From a virus, in the IMG/VR virus record IMGVR_UViG_3300020416_000001, positions 107,757 through 171,756 of that record: a stretch of 64,000 nucleotides of DNA. One strand, given 5' to 3'. The notes under the pieces were generated by a model, which worked only from the letters and a program-made list of their open reading frames with translations, made no database searches and had not been told where the DNA came from. Every line of letters begins with the position of its first letter. Within the stretch, counting starts at the first letter, position 1. Shown here in pieces: positions 10,504 to 18,426 of this stretch. The translations under genes and the position numbers were made by a program.

Positions 10504-10583
10504 ATCACATTGGATTAGAAGTTGTCTTCTGGACAACTATCACAGTTTACATTCTCGCTAGAGTAGGGGTCTTCAGAAAATGA
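10500..10583 (+). CDS. Small single-TM protein (27 aa)
   Basis: MNHIGLEVVFWTTITVYILARVGVFRK; ATGA coupling at both ends. Confidence 0.6.
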   Translation: MNHIGLEVVFWTTITVYILARVGVFRK

Positions 10584-11260
10584 AGAAACACCACATCTTT
10601 CCTATCGAGATCTTCACCTTTGAACGACCTGATCTCGTAGATCCTGTATTGGATGCACTTGATCCTATTGATCGTGGTATGTTTAACTTCCCACATCCTG
10701 TACAGTCAACTAAAGGTAACCTTCACAATATTCCTTCATTCAAACCACTGGTTGATTGGATCGAGGAATGTATGGAAGAACTAAAGAAAGATCAAGAGTT
10801 TGAGATGTGGGGTAAGTTCGAAGTCTCTATGATGTGGGGCAACGTATCGATGCCTCGTAGCGAGGGTATGCATCAACCACACAGACACCCTCTTTCATAC
10901 TGGTCAGGTGTCTTCAATCTTACTGAAGGACACCCTACGCAGTTCCAAGACCCCTGTTGGGTCCGCTCGTACAATCAGATGGAAATAGTCTCATCAGCAT
11001 ATAAGAACGCTTGTAGCGCCCCTGAGTGGCGTCCTGGGACATTGGTGATCTGGCCAAGTTGGTTGGTCCACTTCTCAACACCGCACGTGGGTGAAGAATA
11101 CCGTGCAAACATTGCATTCAATGCAGTGCCGACTGGTCCTATTAACTTCGGTCCTTTCGGACAAAATATGGTCAACTGGAAGTTGATCAAAGACGACCCT
11201 ATTATGCATTCCGACCCAAATGAAAATAACAATGAAGAACACCAAGAAGGAAATGTTTGA
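10580..11260 (+). CDS. Putative 2OG-Fe(II) oxygenase
   Basis: MWGN..HQPHRH..WSGV..IWPSWLVH..RANIAFN. Confidence 0.8.
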   Translation: MKKHHIFPIEIFTFERPDLVDPVLDALDPIDRGMFNFPHPVQSTKGNLHNIPSFKPLVDWIEECMEELKKDQEFEMWGKFEVSMMWGNVSMPRSEGMHQPHRHPLSYWSGVFNLTEGHPTQFQDPCWVRSYNQMEIVSSAYKNACSAPEWRPGTLVIWPSWLVHFSTPHVGEEYRANIAFNAVPTGPINFGPFGQNMVNWKLIKDDPIMHSDPNENNNEEHQEGNV

Positions 11261-11351
11261 GGAACTACAGAAAGTAGATACCTACAGACAAGAGCGTAAC
11301 ATTCTCACCTACTTGGCAATAACCTTTTTCGTAACCACCTGCTTGTTCTAA
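11232..11351 (+). CDS. Small protein with C-terminal hydrophobic segment (39 aa)
   Basis: Translated by hand: MKNTKKEMFEEL...LAITFFVTTCLF. Confidence 0.5.
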   Translation: MKNTKKEMFEELQKVDTYRQERNILTYLAITFFVTTCLF

Positions 11352-11528
11352 ATGAAAATCGACAGATACTATGATCCATACGAAGATCTTGAAAGAGAGA
11401 TCATTGCTGATCTAGAGTATGCAGCACAGAGAATTGGTGGTAAGATGGAAAGAATCACCCGAGTAGATTCTCGTGGTAGATCTTCCAAAGTGATTACTAT
11501 TGAATATGATGTTAACGAACCTGGGTGA
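11352..11528 (+). CDS. Small hypothetical protein (58 aa)
   Basis: MKIDRYYDPYEDLE...KVITIEYDVNEPG; fills the gap before dam. Confidence 0.6.
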   Translation: MKIDRYYDPYEDLEREIIADLEYAAQRIGGKMERITRVDSRGRSSKVITIEYDVNEPG

Positions 11529-11529
11529 A

Positions 11530-12369
11530 ATGAAATCTTATAAAACTCCGCTGCGCTATCCAGGTGGTAAGTCACGTGCAGCAGCGAAGTTATATCCTAA
11601 GTTTCCAAACAACATCAAAGAATACAGAGAACCATTCCTAGGGGGTGGTTCTATGGCAATCTATTTTTCAAAAGCAAATCCAGACACACCTGTATGGGTA
11701 AATGACACATACTATTACCTGTACAACTTTTGGATTCAACTCCAAGATCGTGGGTATGATCTGAGTGATACATTGATGGCACTCAAGAACGCTCACGATA
11801 CTAAGGAGAAAGCAAAAGATCTATTTCTCAAATGCAAGGCAGACATCGCCAACGTATCTGAGTTTCAACAAGCAATTTATTTCTACGTGCTTAATAAGTG
11901 TTCATTCTCTGGACTCACAGAGAACAGTTCATTTTCTAAGCAAGCATCTGTATCTAACTTCAGCAAGAAAGGAATCAAGAAACTTGCTCACTATCAACAG
12001 ATCATTGAGCATTGGGAGATTACCAATGTTGACTATAGTGAACTGATGACAGATGAAAAAGATGTATTCTCCTTCTTAGATCCTCCATACGACATTAAAG
12101 ATTTCTTGTATGGAACTAAAGGTGAAATGCACAAAGGATTTGATCATCACAGATTTGCAAAGGTATGCAAAGAAACTACACAGGACTGGATGATCACCTA
12201 TAATTCAAATGAGAACACTCGTGCTCTCTTCAGCGAGTATAATCAAGAAGAATGGGATCTCACATATACAATGAGATCTGTGGGCAACTACAACACCGAA
12301 CAATCCAAACGTAAAGAACTTCTCGTCACCAACTATGTCAAAGCACCACAAGGACTACCCTTTAACTGA
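11530..12369 (+). CDS. dam: DNA adenine methyltransferase (Dam/D12 class)
   Basis: PLRYPGGKSR, EPFLGGGS, VND, DPPY. Confidence 0.9.
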   Translation: MKSYKTPLRYPGGKSRAAAKLYPKFPNNIKEYREPFLGGGSMAIYFSKANPDTPVWVNDTYYYLYNFWIQLQDRGYDLSDTLMALKNAHDTKEKAKDLFLKCKADIANVSEFQQAIYFYVLNKCSFSGLTENSSFSKQASVSNFSKKGIKKLAHYQQIIEHWEITNVDYSELMTDEKDVFSFLDPPYDIKDFLYGTKGEMHKGFDHHRFAKVCKETTQDWMITYNSNENTRALFSEYNQEEWDLTYTMRSVGNYNTEQSKRKELLVTNYVKAPQGLPFN

Positions 12370-12745
12370 TTACTTAAACAGTATCAATCATACTAAAGAA
12401 GATCTTCGTGAACGTGGAGACGACTGGATGAAGAAGTATCCTTCTTACATCGTCAACAAATGTTTGAGTGGATTCAAAGAGACAGTGCTATATGCTAATG
12501 CTGTCAATGAGTTCCACCAACTTGATAATGACCTTCAATATTCATTTTATCTAAATAGTCTGAGAAAGAAACGCCGTTTCTCTCCCTGGCAACGTAAGGA
12601 CAAGGTAGAACATCTTGACCTCATCAAAAAATACTTTAAGTATTCAGATGAAAAAGCACGGGATGCACTTAGAATTCTGACCAACGATCAGATTGAATTG
12701 ATTAAATTAAAAATGAATACTGGAGGTAAAACCAATGGCAGGTGA
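12335..12745 (+). CDS. gp62: Clamp loader small subunit
   Basis: YLNSIN, LQYSFYLNSLRKKRRFSPW, YSDEKA; precedes regA. Confidence 0.9.
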   Translation: MSKHHKDYPLTDYLNSINHTKEDLRERGDDWMKKYPSYIVNKCLSGFKETVLYANAVNEFHQLDNDLQYSFYLNSLRKKRRFSPWQRKDKVEHLDLIKKYFKYSDEKARDALRILTNDQIELIKLKMNTGGKTNGR

Positions 12746-13157
12746 GATCGAGATTTCTTGGTCCCCCGATATGATGGTAGAGGTTAGTCTCAAGCAACCT
12801 GATGACTTTCTCAAAGTCAGAGAGACTCTTACTAGGATCGGTGTAGCATCGAGAAAAGAAAAGAAATTATTTCAGAGTTGTCATATTCTTCATAAGAAGG
12901 GCAAGTATTATATTGTCCACTTCAAGGAGTTGTTTGCGTTGGATGGAAAGCACGCGAACCTAACTTCTAATGACGTAGAACGTCGTAACAGAATTACAAA
13001 ACTCCTATCAGATTGGGGACTTGTAGGTATTGTTGATGAGGAGATCGGTGAACTTGCACCGTTGAATCAGATCAAAGTTATTTCATATAAGGATAAGGGT
13101 GAGTGGATCCTAGAATCGAAGTATAATATAGGTAAGAAACGTACAGTCTCAGAATAG
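12735..13157 (+). CDS. regA: Translational repressor RegA
   Basis: DDFLKVRETLTRIGVAS, QSCHILHKKGKYYIVHFKELFALDG. Confidence 0.96.
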   Translation: MAGEIEISWSPDMMVEVSLKQPDDFLKVRETLTRIGVASRKEKKLFQSCHILHKKGKYYIVHFKELFALDGKHANLTSNDVERRNRITKLLSDWGLVGIVDEEIGELAPLNQIKVISYKDKGEWILESKYNIGKKRTVSE

Positions 13158-13164
13158 ATAAATA
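13158..13164 (+). promoter_or_regulatory. T4-type late promoter
   Basis: ATAAATA about 22 nt before ATG 13187. Confidence 0.65.
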
Positions 13165-13186
13165 GGTCAGCAATCCATTCAGCACT

Positions 13187-13627
13187 ATGTCTGAGGAGAA
13201 GAAAACACCTCCTAAATCTGAAGAAAAACCAAAAGGTTTCTTCGGTCGTTTGAAGGAAGCATCTGAGGACAAAGAGGAACAACTGGCGATTCTCAGTACA
13301 TTCGTGAGACTCGGCATTCTCATTTGGAGCGGAGGGATCCTGACGTTAGCGTACGTTGATCTTCCCAAAGCACTAAATTTTCCCGAACAAGACCTCGATC
13401 CAACTTTCATAGCTAGCGTTTTCACGGGCGTTTTAGCTACATTTGGCGTCCAGACTGCCAAGAAGAATGGTAATGGAAATACCAATGGTAGTGTAGGTAT
13501 TACAAAGGCAGATATGGAGAGACTCATCGAAGCAGCAGCACAAAGTGCACCTGCTCAAGTCATCCGTGTTGAACAAGCACCTTTGAAAATTACTACCGAT
13601 GATAACCCTAAAAAGTATGATCTCTAA
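13187..13627 (+). CDS. Two-TM membrane protein
   Basis: Hydrophobic segments LGILIWSGGILTLAYV and FIASVFTGVLATFGV. Confidence 0.75.
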   Translation: MSEEKKTPPKSEEKPKGFFGRLKEASEDKEEQLAILSTFVRLGILIWSGGILTLAYVDLPKALNFPEQDLDPTFIASVFTGVLATFGVQTAKKNGNGNTNGSVGITKADMERLIEAAAQSAPAQVIRVEQAPLKITTDDNPKKYDL

Positions 13628-13629
13628 TT

Positions 13630-13860
13630 ATGCAAAAAATTATTAACGTTCTGGTTGTATTCAACTTCCTATTCGCAGGTACTGTTACAGGTACTTTCGT
13701 ATATACGTGGTTCAATCGTGAAACACTCGCTGAACAATCAAGAGAAAGACTTGCATCATTTGTTGCGGAAGCAGTCGGCAGTATGGTCCCAGGTCTTGTA
13801 GATAAAGGACTTCCTGATGTTACTGGTCCTGCAATTCCACCTATCGGTCTACCAAAATGA
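13630..13860 (+). CDS. Small N-anchored membrane protein
   Basis: N-terminal TM, Pro-rich tail. Confidence 0.7.
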   Translation: MQKIINVLVVFNFLFAGTVTGTFVYTWFNRETLAEQSRERLASFVAEAVGSMVPGLVDKGLPDVTGPAIPPIGLPK

Positions 13861-14393
13861 AATGGTTTTACGCTACTGCAGGTGTACTCTTAGGTGTATC
13901 ACACCTTGGGATGATCGGCATCATAGCGAATAAACAAACCTTTCCACATCTCAACCCACCTGTAGGTCCTTATAGTTCCTACAGTGCTGAGGTTGGTAGA
14001 GAAGGATATAAGATCAATTATCAAGGAAATGATCCAAAGGTAATGTCGGAAGACATTTACGTTAATAAGAGTGGTTTCTTTGGTAATAAATCTATCGTCA
14101 CAAAATCTCACGAGTACACTATGGATGGCATCAGGCATCTAGGAGGTGAAGGCGTGGGAAAGTTGACTGCCAAAAAACTAGAATGTATCAAGGCGGAAGG
14201 TGGTGGAGAACAAACGGGCGCTGTGATCGGCGCTAGTGTAGGAACCGCTGCTGCCCCTGCTCTATCAGGCATTCCATTTATAGGTCCAGTCCTAGCAGGA
14301 GGCATTGCACTCTTTGCAGGTAACAAGGGAGCAAATGTAGGTGGAGAAATCGCTGTCGCAATGGCAGACTGTGAAGAAGAATTAATTGACTGA
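13857..14393 (+). CDS. Membrane protein with C-terminal glycine zipper
   Basis: N-terminal TM; GAVIGASVG...GGIALFAGNKGANVGG. Confidence 0.72.
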   Translation: MKWFYATAGVLLGVSHLGMIGIIANKQTFPHLNPPVGPYSSYSAEVGREGYKINYQGNDPKVMSEDIYVNKSGFFGNKSIVTKSHEYTMDGIRHLGGEGVGKLTAKKLECIKAEGGGEQTGAVIGASVGTAAAPALSGIPFIGPVLAGGIALFAGNKGANVGGEIAVAMADCEEELID

Positions 14394-14396
14394 TGA

Positions 14397-15179
14397 ATGG
14401 AAATCCCAGAGATCGGAACGAACGATATTAATATTCGTTCCTTGAACATACCTGAGATCCGATCTTATAGTTGGATCGAATCTATACCAAAAGCGATACC
14501 GATCTACCCACCTGTCACTCAAGAGTTAGGTACACCGATCATCAATATCCCAGGTTGTGTAGAAGCACACGAACTTGATGATGGTAAGAATGAAAACCTA
14601 AAGTCAGATGACCCGAAGGGAGCGAAGGTGTATTGTGATGCTGCATTGCCTTCGTTCTCCCCTATCGAGTACAACAAAGAGAAATTACAGTTCCAGTTGC
14701 CTGCTGTAGAGGCACCTAAGTTTGAGAATGAATCACCAGACCTTTCTGTACCAGAGACAAAGGTACCAAAGGTTGACTCACCTGAGTGTCCTACAAGGGC
14801 ACAGGTATTAAAAAACCCCATAGGAAAGATCCTAGAGGGTAATAAAAAGATTGTTGCTTACGAGTTGGTAGGCAAAGAATGTATTGAAGTTACAGAGAAA
14901 TTAAATATCACTGATCAAATTATTCAAAACATCCCTTCCCCTGGTTTGATAGTTACTACAGGTTCTATTGCTGCTGTTGCTGCCACCTCTGCGTTGCTCG
15001 CAAAACCGCTTGCCGATCTTCTTCTGAAAATTGTGAAACCTGCTGTGAAGAAGACGATTGGGAAGATTGGATCTCTGTTTGGACGGGTTCCGAAACGCCA
15101 ATCTCAAAAGGACCGCCAAGATCTGCAGCGTTTGAGGACACGGGCACTTCGAGAGTTGAAGAGGATGAAGAAGAGATAG
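14397..15179 (+). CDS. Pro/Cys-containing protein with C-terminal TM and basic tail
   Basis: 260 aa ORF; IVTTGSIAAVAATSALLA followed by an Arg/Lys-rich end. Confidence 0.72.
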   Translation: MEIPEIGTNDINIRSLNIPEIRSYSWIESIPKAIPIYPPVTQELGTPIINIPGCVEAHELDDGKNENLKSDDPKGAKVYCDAALPSFSPIEYNKEKLQFQLPAVEAPKFENESPDLSVPETKVPKVDSPECPTRAQVLKNPIGKILEGNKKIVAYELVGKECIEVTEKLNITDQIIQNIPSPGLIVTTGSIAAVAATSALLAKPLADLLLKIVKPAVKKTIGKIGSLFGRVPKRQSQKDRQDLQRLRTRALRELKRMKKR

Positions 15180-16014
15180 GTTTAGAATTACTATGCACGT
15201 GTGGTTTGATATAGTTCACACCCTGTACCACAACGTCTGCACATACACTATAGTATGGTGACTTTGGATGGAAGGTGATTCCCGCTTTCATAAGTTCACC
15301 ACAGTTTTTTAATCTCGCGATCTCAAAGTCTAATCTCTTGTTTGCAGTCAACTGACGTTGCATATTTAGTTGGGTTTGGACTGCCTCTTTACATTGTTGT
15401 TGTGCCTTCTTATCGAGAGGTATAGACCACGTAGCAGATACACCGATGGATAGGTTATATGTATCTTTCTGTCCCGTTCTTACAGGAATTTGATATAACA
15501 CTGACCCAGGATTGTCAGGTGCACCGTCTCCTATTTGATTACCATCGTCATCTGTTGTACCTGTTAGGTCACGCATATCATATACATTATCAAACCATTC
15601 ACCTTCAAATGGTTTCTGTCCAGATGCACTACCTGTTGCATATGGTGTGATGTTAAGTGTACTACCTTGACACTGAATACCACCACCGTAAGTGTTAGTT
15701 ATATACGGACCTTGTAAAACTTGTATTGCCTGATTAGTCACGCTACCACTGGAGTTTGCGATGGGCGCTGCAGTTGCAGATACACCACCAACAGTCTCAG
15801 CATTGACTACTTGAGGGGATAAGATTGATAAGGCAAGTGCCCCTATTGTTGGAAGATTGAGGTTGTGTCTGTGACGCTTGTAACCTCTGTTACCCTCTGG
15901 ATTATTGTTTGATTTTGAAGTCCAGGTCCAGAGTAAGTTTCTGTAAATTGAAATGCGGATCCCACATTGTTCTGGGTCCAGTTTGGTTTGTTGTTGATGT
16001 TTAATCCTGTCCAT
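14965..16014 (-). CDS. Exported or outer-membrane protein; true start uncertain
   Basis: Signal-like segment ending VVNA|ETVGG; beta-strand GVSATWSIPLD followed by a long helix; four Cys. Confidence 0.7.
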   Translation of the reverse strand: MDRIKHQQQTKLDPEQCGIRISIYRNLLWTWTSKSNNNPEGNRGYKRHRHNLNLPTIGALALSILSPQVVNAETVGGVSATAAPIANSSGSVTNQAIQVLQGPYITNTYGGGIQCQGSTLNITPYATGSASGQKPFEGEWFDNVYDMRDLTGTTDDDGNQIGDGAPDNPGSVLYQIPVRTGQKDTYNLSIGVSATWSIPLDKKAQQQCKEAVQTQLNMQRQLTANKRLDFEIARLKNCGELMKAGITFHPKSPYYSVCADVVVQGVNYIKPHVHSNSKPISSSSSSTLEVPVSSNAADLGGPFEIGVSEPVQTEIQSSQSSSSQQVSQFSEEDRQAVLRATQRWQQQQQ

Positions 16015-16304
16015 TTTGAAGTCACGCCATCAATAGTTTGAGATTGTTCACTTACACCTGGTGTCATAGATGCACCATCGTGTTTTACGTTTGTACCAGA
16101 AACGGAATACACCCAACCCGTAGCATAGTCCATCGAATTTATCGTCTCAGTTACCTTGGAAGTCGTTTCCGTGTGGCTCGTCATACTTCCCTGAGTGAAA
16201 TTTGGCACCACGGGCACTGCGAGAACAGGTGCAGTAGAATTGACTACGAGTGCACCTGTTGCAATACACGTTACGATCTTTCCAAAAGGGATGTTCACGT
16301 ACAT
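15843..16304 (-). CDS. Exported Thr/Ser-rich protein
   Basis: Signal peptide ending VLA|VPVVPNF. Confidence 0.75.
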   Translation of the reverse strand: MYVNIPFGKIVTCIATGALVVNSTAPVLAVPVVPNFTQGSMTSHTETTSKVTETINSMDYATGWVYSVSGTNVKHDGASMTPGVSEQSQTIDGVTSKWTGLNINNKPNWTQNNVGSAFQFTETYSGPGLQNQTIIQRVTEVTSVTDTTSIFQQ

Positions 16305-16310
16305 TCTCCA

Positions 16311-16811
16311 CTAGTCGATTCGGATCTCGGATACAAATTGACCGACAGCACTGGTTCCTGCCCCACCTGCTGTTAAACCGATAGTAGAACTGGAATCGAT
16401 AGTTCCTGCCAAACTGCCCGCACTGCCTGCAGCAGTTGAGGTCTGGTTACTGAAGTTACTTACAGCACCGACAGTAGGAGCACTACCAGATATTGCATCC
16501 CCTTGCAAGAATGACTGAGTAAAACTCCAAGATTCGCCTGCAGTCGCTTGGGTCGCTGTCAATGCAGGGATCGATCCAACGCCTGAGGAAATGGTAAGTG
16601 CACCAATAGAAGAGGTTGCTGAACCACCACTGGGTGTATATTGTGTGGTGACATTGTTGCCACTTACACTATACGACGTACCTATGCGTTGTACATTTGT
16701 TGCTGCTGCGTCCACATTGAGTTGGACACTGCTGCTTAATTTATGTGTTACATCGGCATATGCAGGTGCCGTCATCAAAACCATACCAAAGAGCAATGCT
16801 ACTCTTTTCAT
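16311..16811 (-). CDS. Exported Ser/Gly/Thr/Ala-rich beta protein
   Basis: Classic Sec signal MKRVALLFGMVLMTAPAYA|D. Confidence 0.8.
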   Translation of the reverse strand: MKRVALLFGMVLMTAPAYADVTHKLSSSVQLNVDAAATNVQRIGTSYSVSGNNVTTQYTPSGGSATSSIGALTISSGVGSIPALTATQATAGESWSFTQSFLQGDAISGSAPTVGAVSNFSNQTSTAAGSAGSLAGTIDSSSTIGLTAGGAGTSAVGQFVSEIRID

Positions 16812-16842
16812 TCTTCTAGAAATACAAAGTTATAACTAAGCC

Positions 16843-16849
16843 TATTTAG
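16843..16849 (-). promoter_or_regulatory. Late promoter for the minus-strand three-gene operon
   Basis: CTAAATA on the minus strand about 30 nt before ATG 16811. Confidence 0.6.
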
Positions 16850-16909
16850 CGTGTTGATAACTGCACATATGATACCGTTTTAACCGAACCCGTAATCCAT
16901 TGTCACAAC

Positions 16910-16917
16910 TATAAATA
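16910..16917 (+). promoter_or_regulatory. Late promoter of hsp20
   Basis: TATAAATA. Confidence 0.7.
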
Positions 16918-16921
16918 ACTT

Positions 16922-16971
16922 TGTCGCCTTCGGGGACATTAAACCAAATCTCGCTCTTAAGGAGAATTATG
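16922..16971 (+). promoter_or_regulatory. hsp20 5' UTR, ROSE-like RNA thermometer candidate
   Basis: TTCG-capped hairpin, then TCTCGCT pairing with the SD AGGAGA with a bulged G. Confidence 0.55.
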
Positions 16972-17433
16972 AATCAATTCACTTCAAGTGATCTAGATAG
17001 AATCTTACAAGCATCTAGGTCATACTCAGTCGGACTCGACAACATCTTCCACAGACTAGAGGCACGTGCCCTAGCAGACCACGAGAAAACATCTTACCCT
17101 CCATACAACCTGATCAAAGAAACAGATCATAGATGGGTCATCGAGGTAGCATTAGCAGGATTCAAACAGGAAGAGTTCGAGGTCGCAACAGAAACTAACG
17201 TCCTATCGATCAGGACAGTCGCAGAAAAGAACGATGATGATAGAGGTTATCTGCATAAAGGTGTAGCAAAAAGATCCTTTGCTAGGACATTCACACTTTC
17301 CGATGATGTCAAGATCGGTGATGTCAACTACGAAGACGGTCTATTGACCATCGTATTGAACAAGGTGGTACCTGACAGTCACAAGAGAAAGGTGTATAAT
17401 ATTGGATGTGGTTGCAAACCTGACTCTAATTGA
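16969..17433 (+). CDS. hsp20: Small heat-shock protein (IbpA-like)
   Basis: SYPPYNL, IEVALAGF, YLHKGVAKRSF, DGLLTI; SD AGGAG before ATG 16969. Confidence 0.93.
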   Translation: MNQFTSSDLDRILQASRSYSVGLDNIFHRLEARALADHEKTSYPPYNLIKETDHRWVIEVALAGFKQEEFEVATETNVLSIRTVAEKNDDDRGYLHKGVAKRSFARTFTLSDDVKIGDVNYEDGLLTIVLNKVVPDSHKRKVYNIGCGCKPDSN

Positions 17434-17618
17434 AGAAAAAACTAGTCGCACTGTTCACCAGTACATTCACTCATCTGTTCCTGATCGTCTCAGGAACTTT
17501 GATCATTATTGAATTCGCTCATCTTCGTGCTCATAAGAGTTACGAGATAGATGTCCACGGTTATGTAAAGCAATTTTGCAGACTGAATGACTGTGAAAAA
17601 CTGAACTCTGAACTGTGA
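17430..17618 (+). CDS. Small membrane protein
   Basis: 62 aa, TTG start overlapping the hsp20 stop, one TM. Confidence 0.55.
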   Translation: MKKKLVALFTSTFTHLFLIVSGTLIIIEFAHLRAHKSYEIDVHGYVKQFCRLNDCEKLNSEL

Positions 17619-17636
17619 CTATATAATGCACAACAG

Positions 17637-17662
17637 AAGAGACCCCTTCGGGTCTCTTTTTC
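17637..17662 (+). terminator. Rho-independent terminator
   Basis: AAGAGACCC-CTTC-GGGTCTCTT followed by a T tract. Confidence 0.75.
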
Positions 17663-17677
17663 TATGGAGTCTTTTTA

Positions 17678-17917
17678 ATGAATCACTATGTGAACTGCGC
17701 TCCAAGGGGGAGCGACGATTACGAATCGATTACACTCGATGTTCCAACTAAAAATGTTGAAGAGGTTTTGCATCTAGCAAGAACCCTCGCCGATGAGCAT
17801 AACGTGGATGTTCGTAGAGCATTCTCTGATATTGTTCGTGGTGTTTACCATAACCTAACTGAAAATTATGACAGTAAAAATCGTAAGAATGATCAACGGC
17901 GAAGACGTCATCGCTGA
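17678..17917 (+). CDS. Hypothetical protein
   Basis: 79 aa, SD GGAG upstream. Confidence 0.6.
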   Translation: MNHYVNCAPRGSDDYESITLDVPTKNVEEVLHLARTLADEHNVDVRRAFSDIVRGVYHNLTENYDSKNRKNDQRRRRHR

Positions 17918-18218
17918 TGTTCAAGAAGCATATCCTGAGGAGAAAGCATACTCTCCTATTGGTTACCTGATGAAGGATCCTTATCAAGTAAATCTACACG
18001 CTGCAGCAGAAATGCTGTTTGAAGGAACCCAAGCAGAACCACAGAAAATCAATGACCTGAACTTGGAATTGTTTCCTTGGATCCCACTTTCCAAAAATAA
18101 TGCTACACTAGTAGTATTGAGCAACGTCGCTACAATCTACAATCCACACCCTGAGGTGGAATCAAAATGGAAAACTTGTATCAAAGGTAATGACACCACT
18201 GAAAATAATCCTACTTAA
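17868..18218 (+). CDS. Conserved T4-like hypothetical protein
   Basis: MTVKIVRMINGEDVIADV...FPWIPLS; typical gene upstream of gp43. Confidence 0.72.
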   Translation: MTVKIVRMINGEDVIADVQEAYPEEKAYSPIGYLMKDPYQVNLHAAAEMLFEGTQAEPQKINDLNLELFPWIPLSKNNATLVVLSNVATIYNPHPEVESKWKTCIKGNDTTENNPT

Positions 18219-18426
18219 GGATCACACACACCTGATAGGTGCAGTCACAGAACTAGATGAGGAACCTTCATACCTCATCTCAGACTGTATGAAAATTGAT
18301 GATGGTAACTACATCAAGTATCCTCTCTACACTGACCAACGTGACATCTTCTTGACTTCTGACGTGGTTTTGACTATAGTTGAACCGTCTGAAGAGACCT
18401 TGACAAACTACAAGAAGGCACTTTGA
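18190..18426 (+). CDS. Hypothetical protein
   Basis: 78 aa; contains TTGACT-17-TATAGT (18352-18380), a likely gp43 promoter. Confidence 0.68.
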   Translation: MTPLKIILLKDHTHLIGAVTELDEEPSYLISDCMKIDDGNYIKYPLYTDQRDIFLTSDVVLTIVEPSEETLTNYKKAL

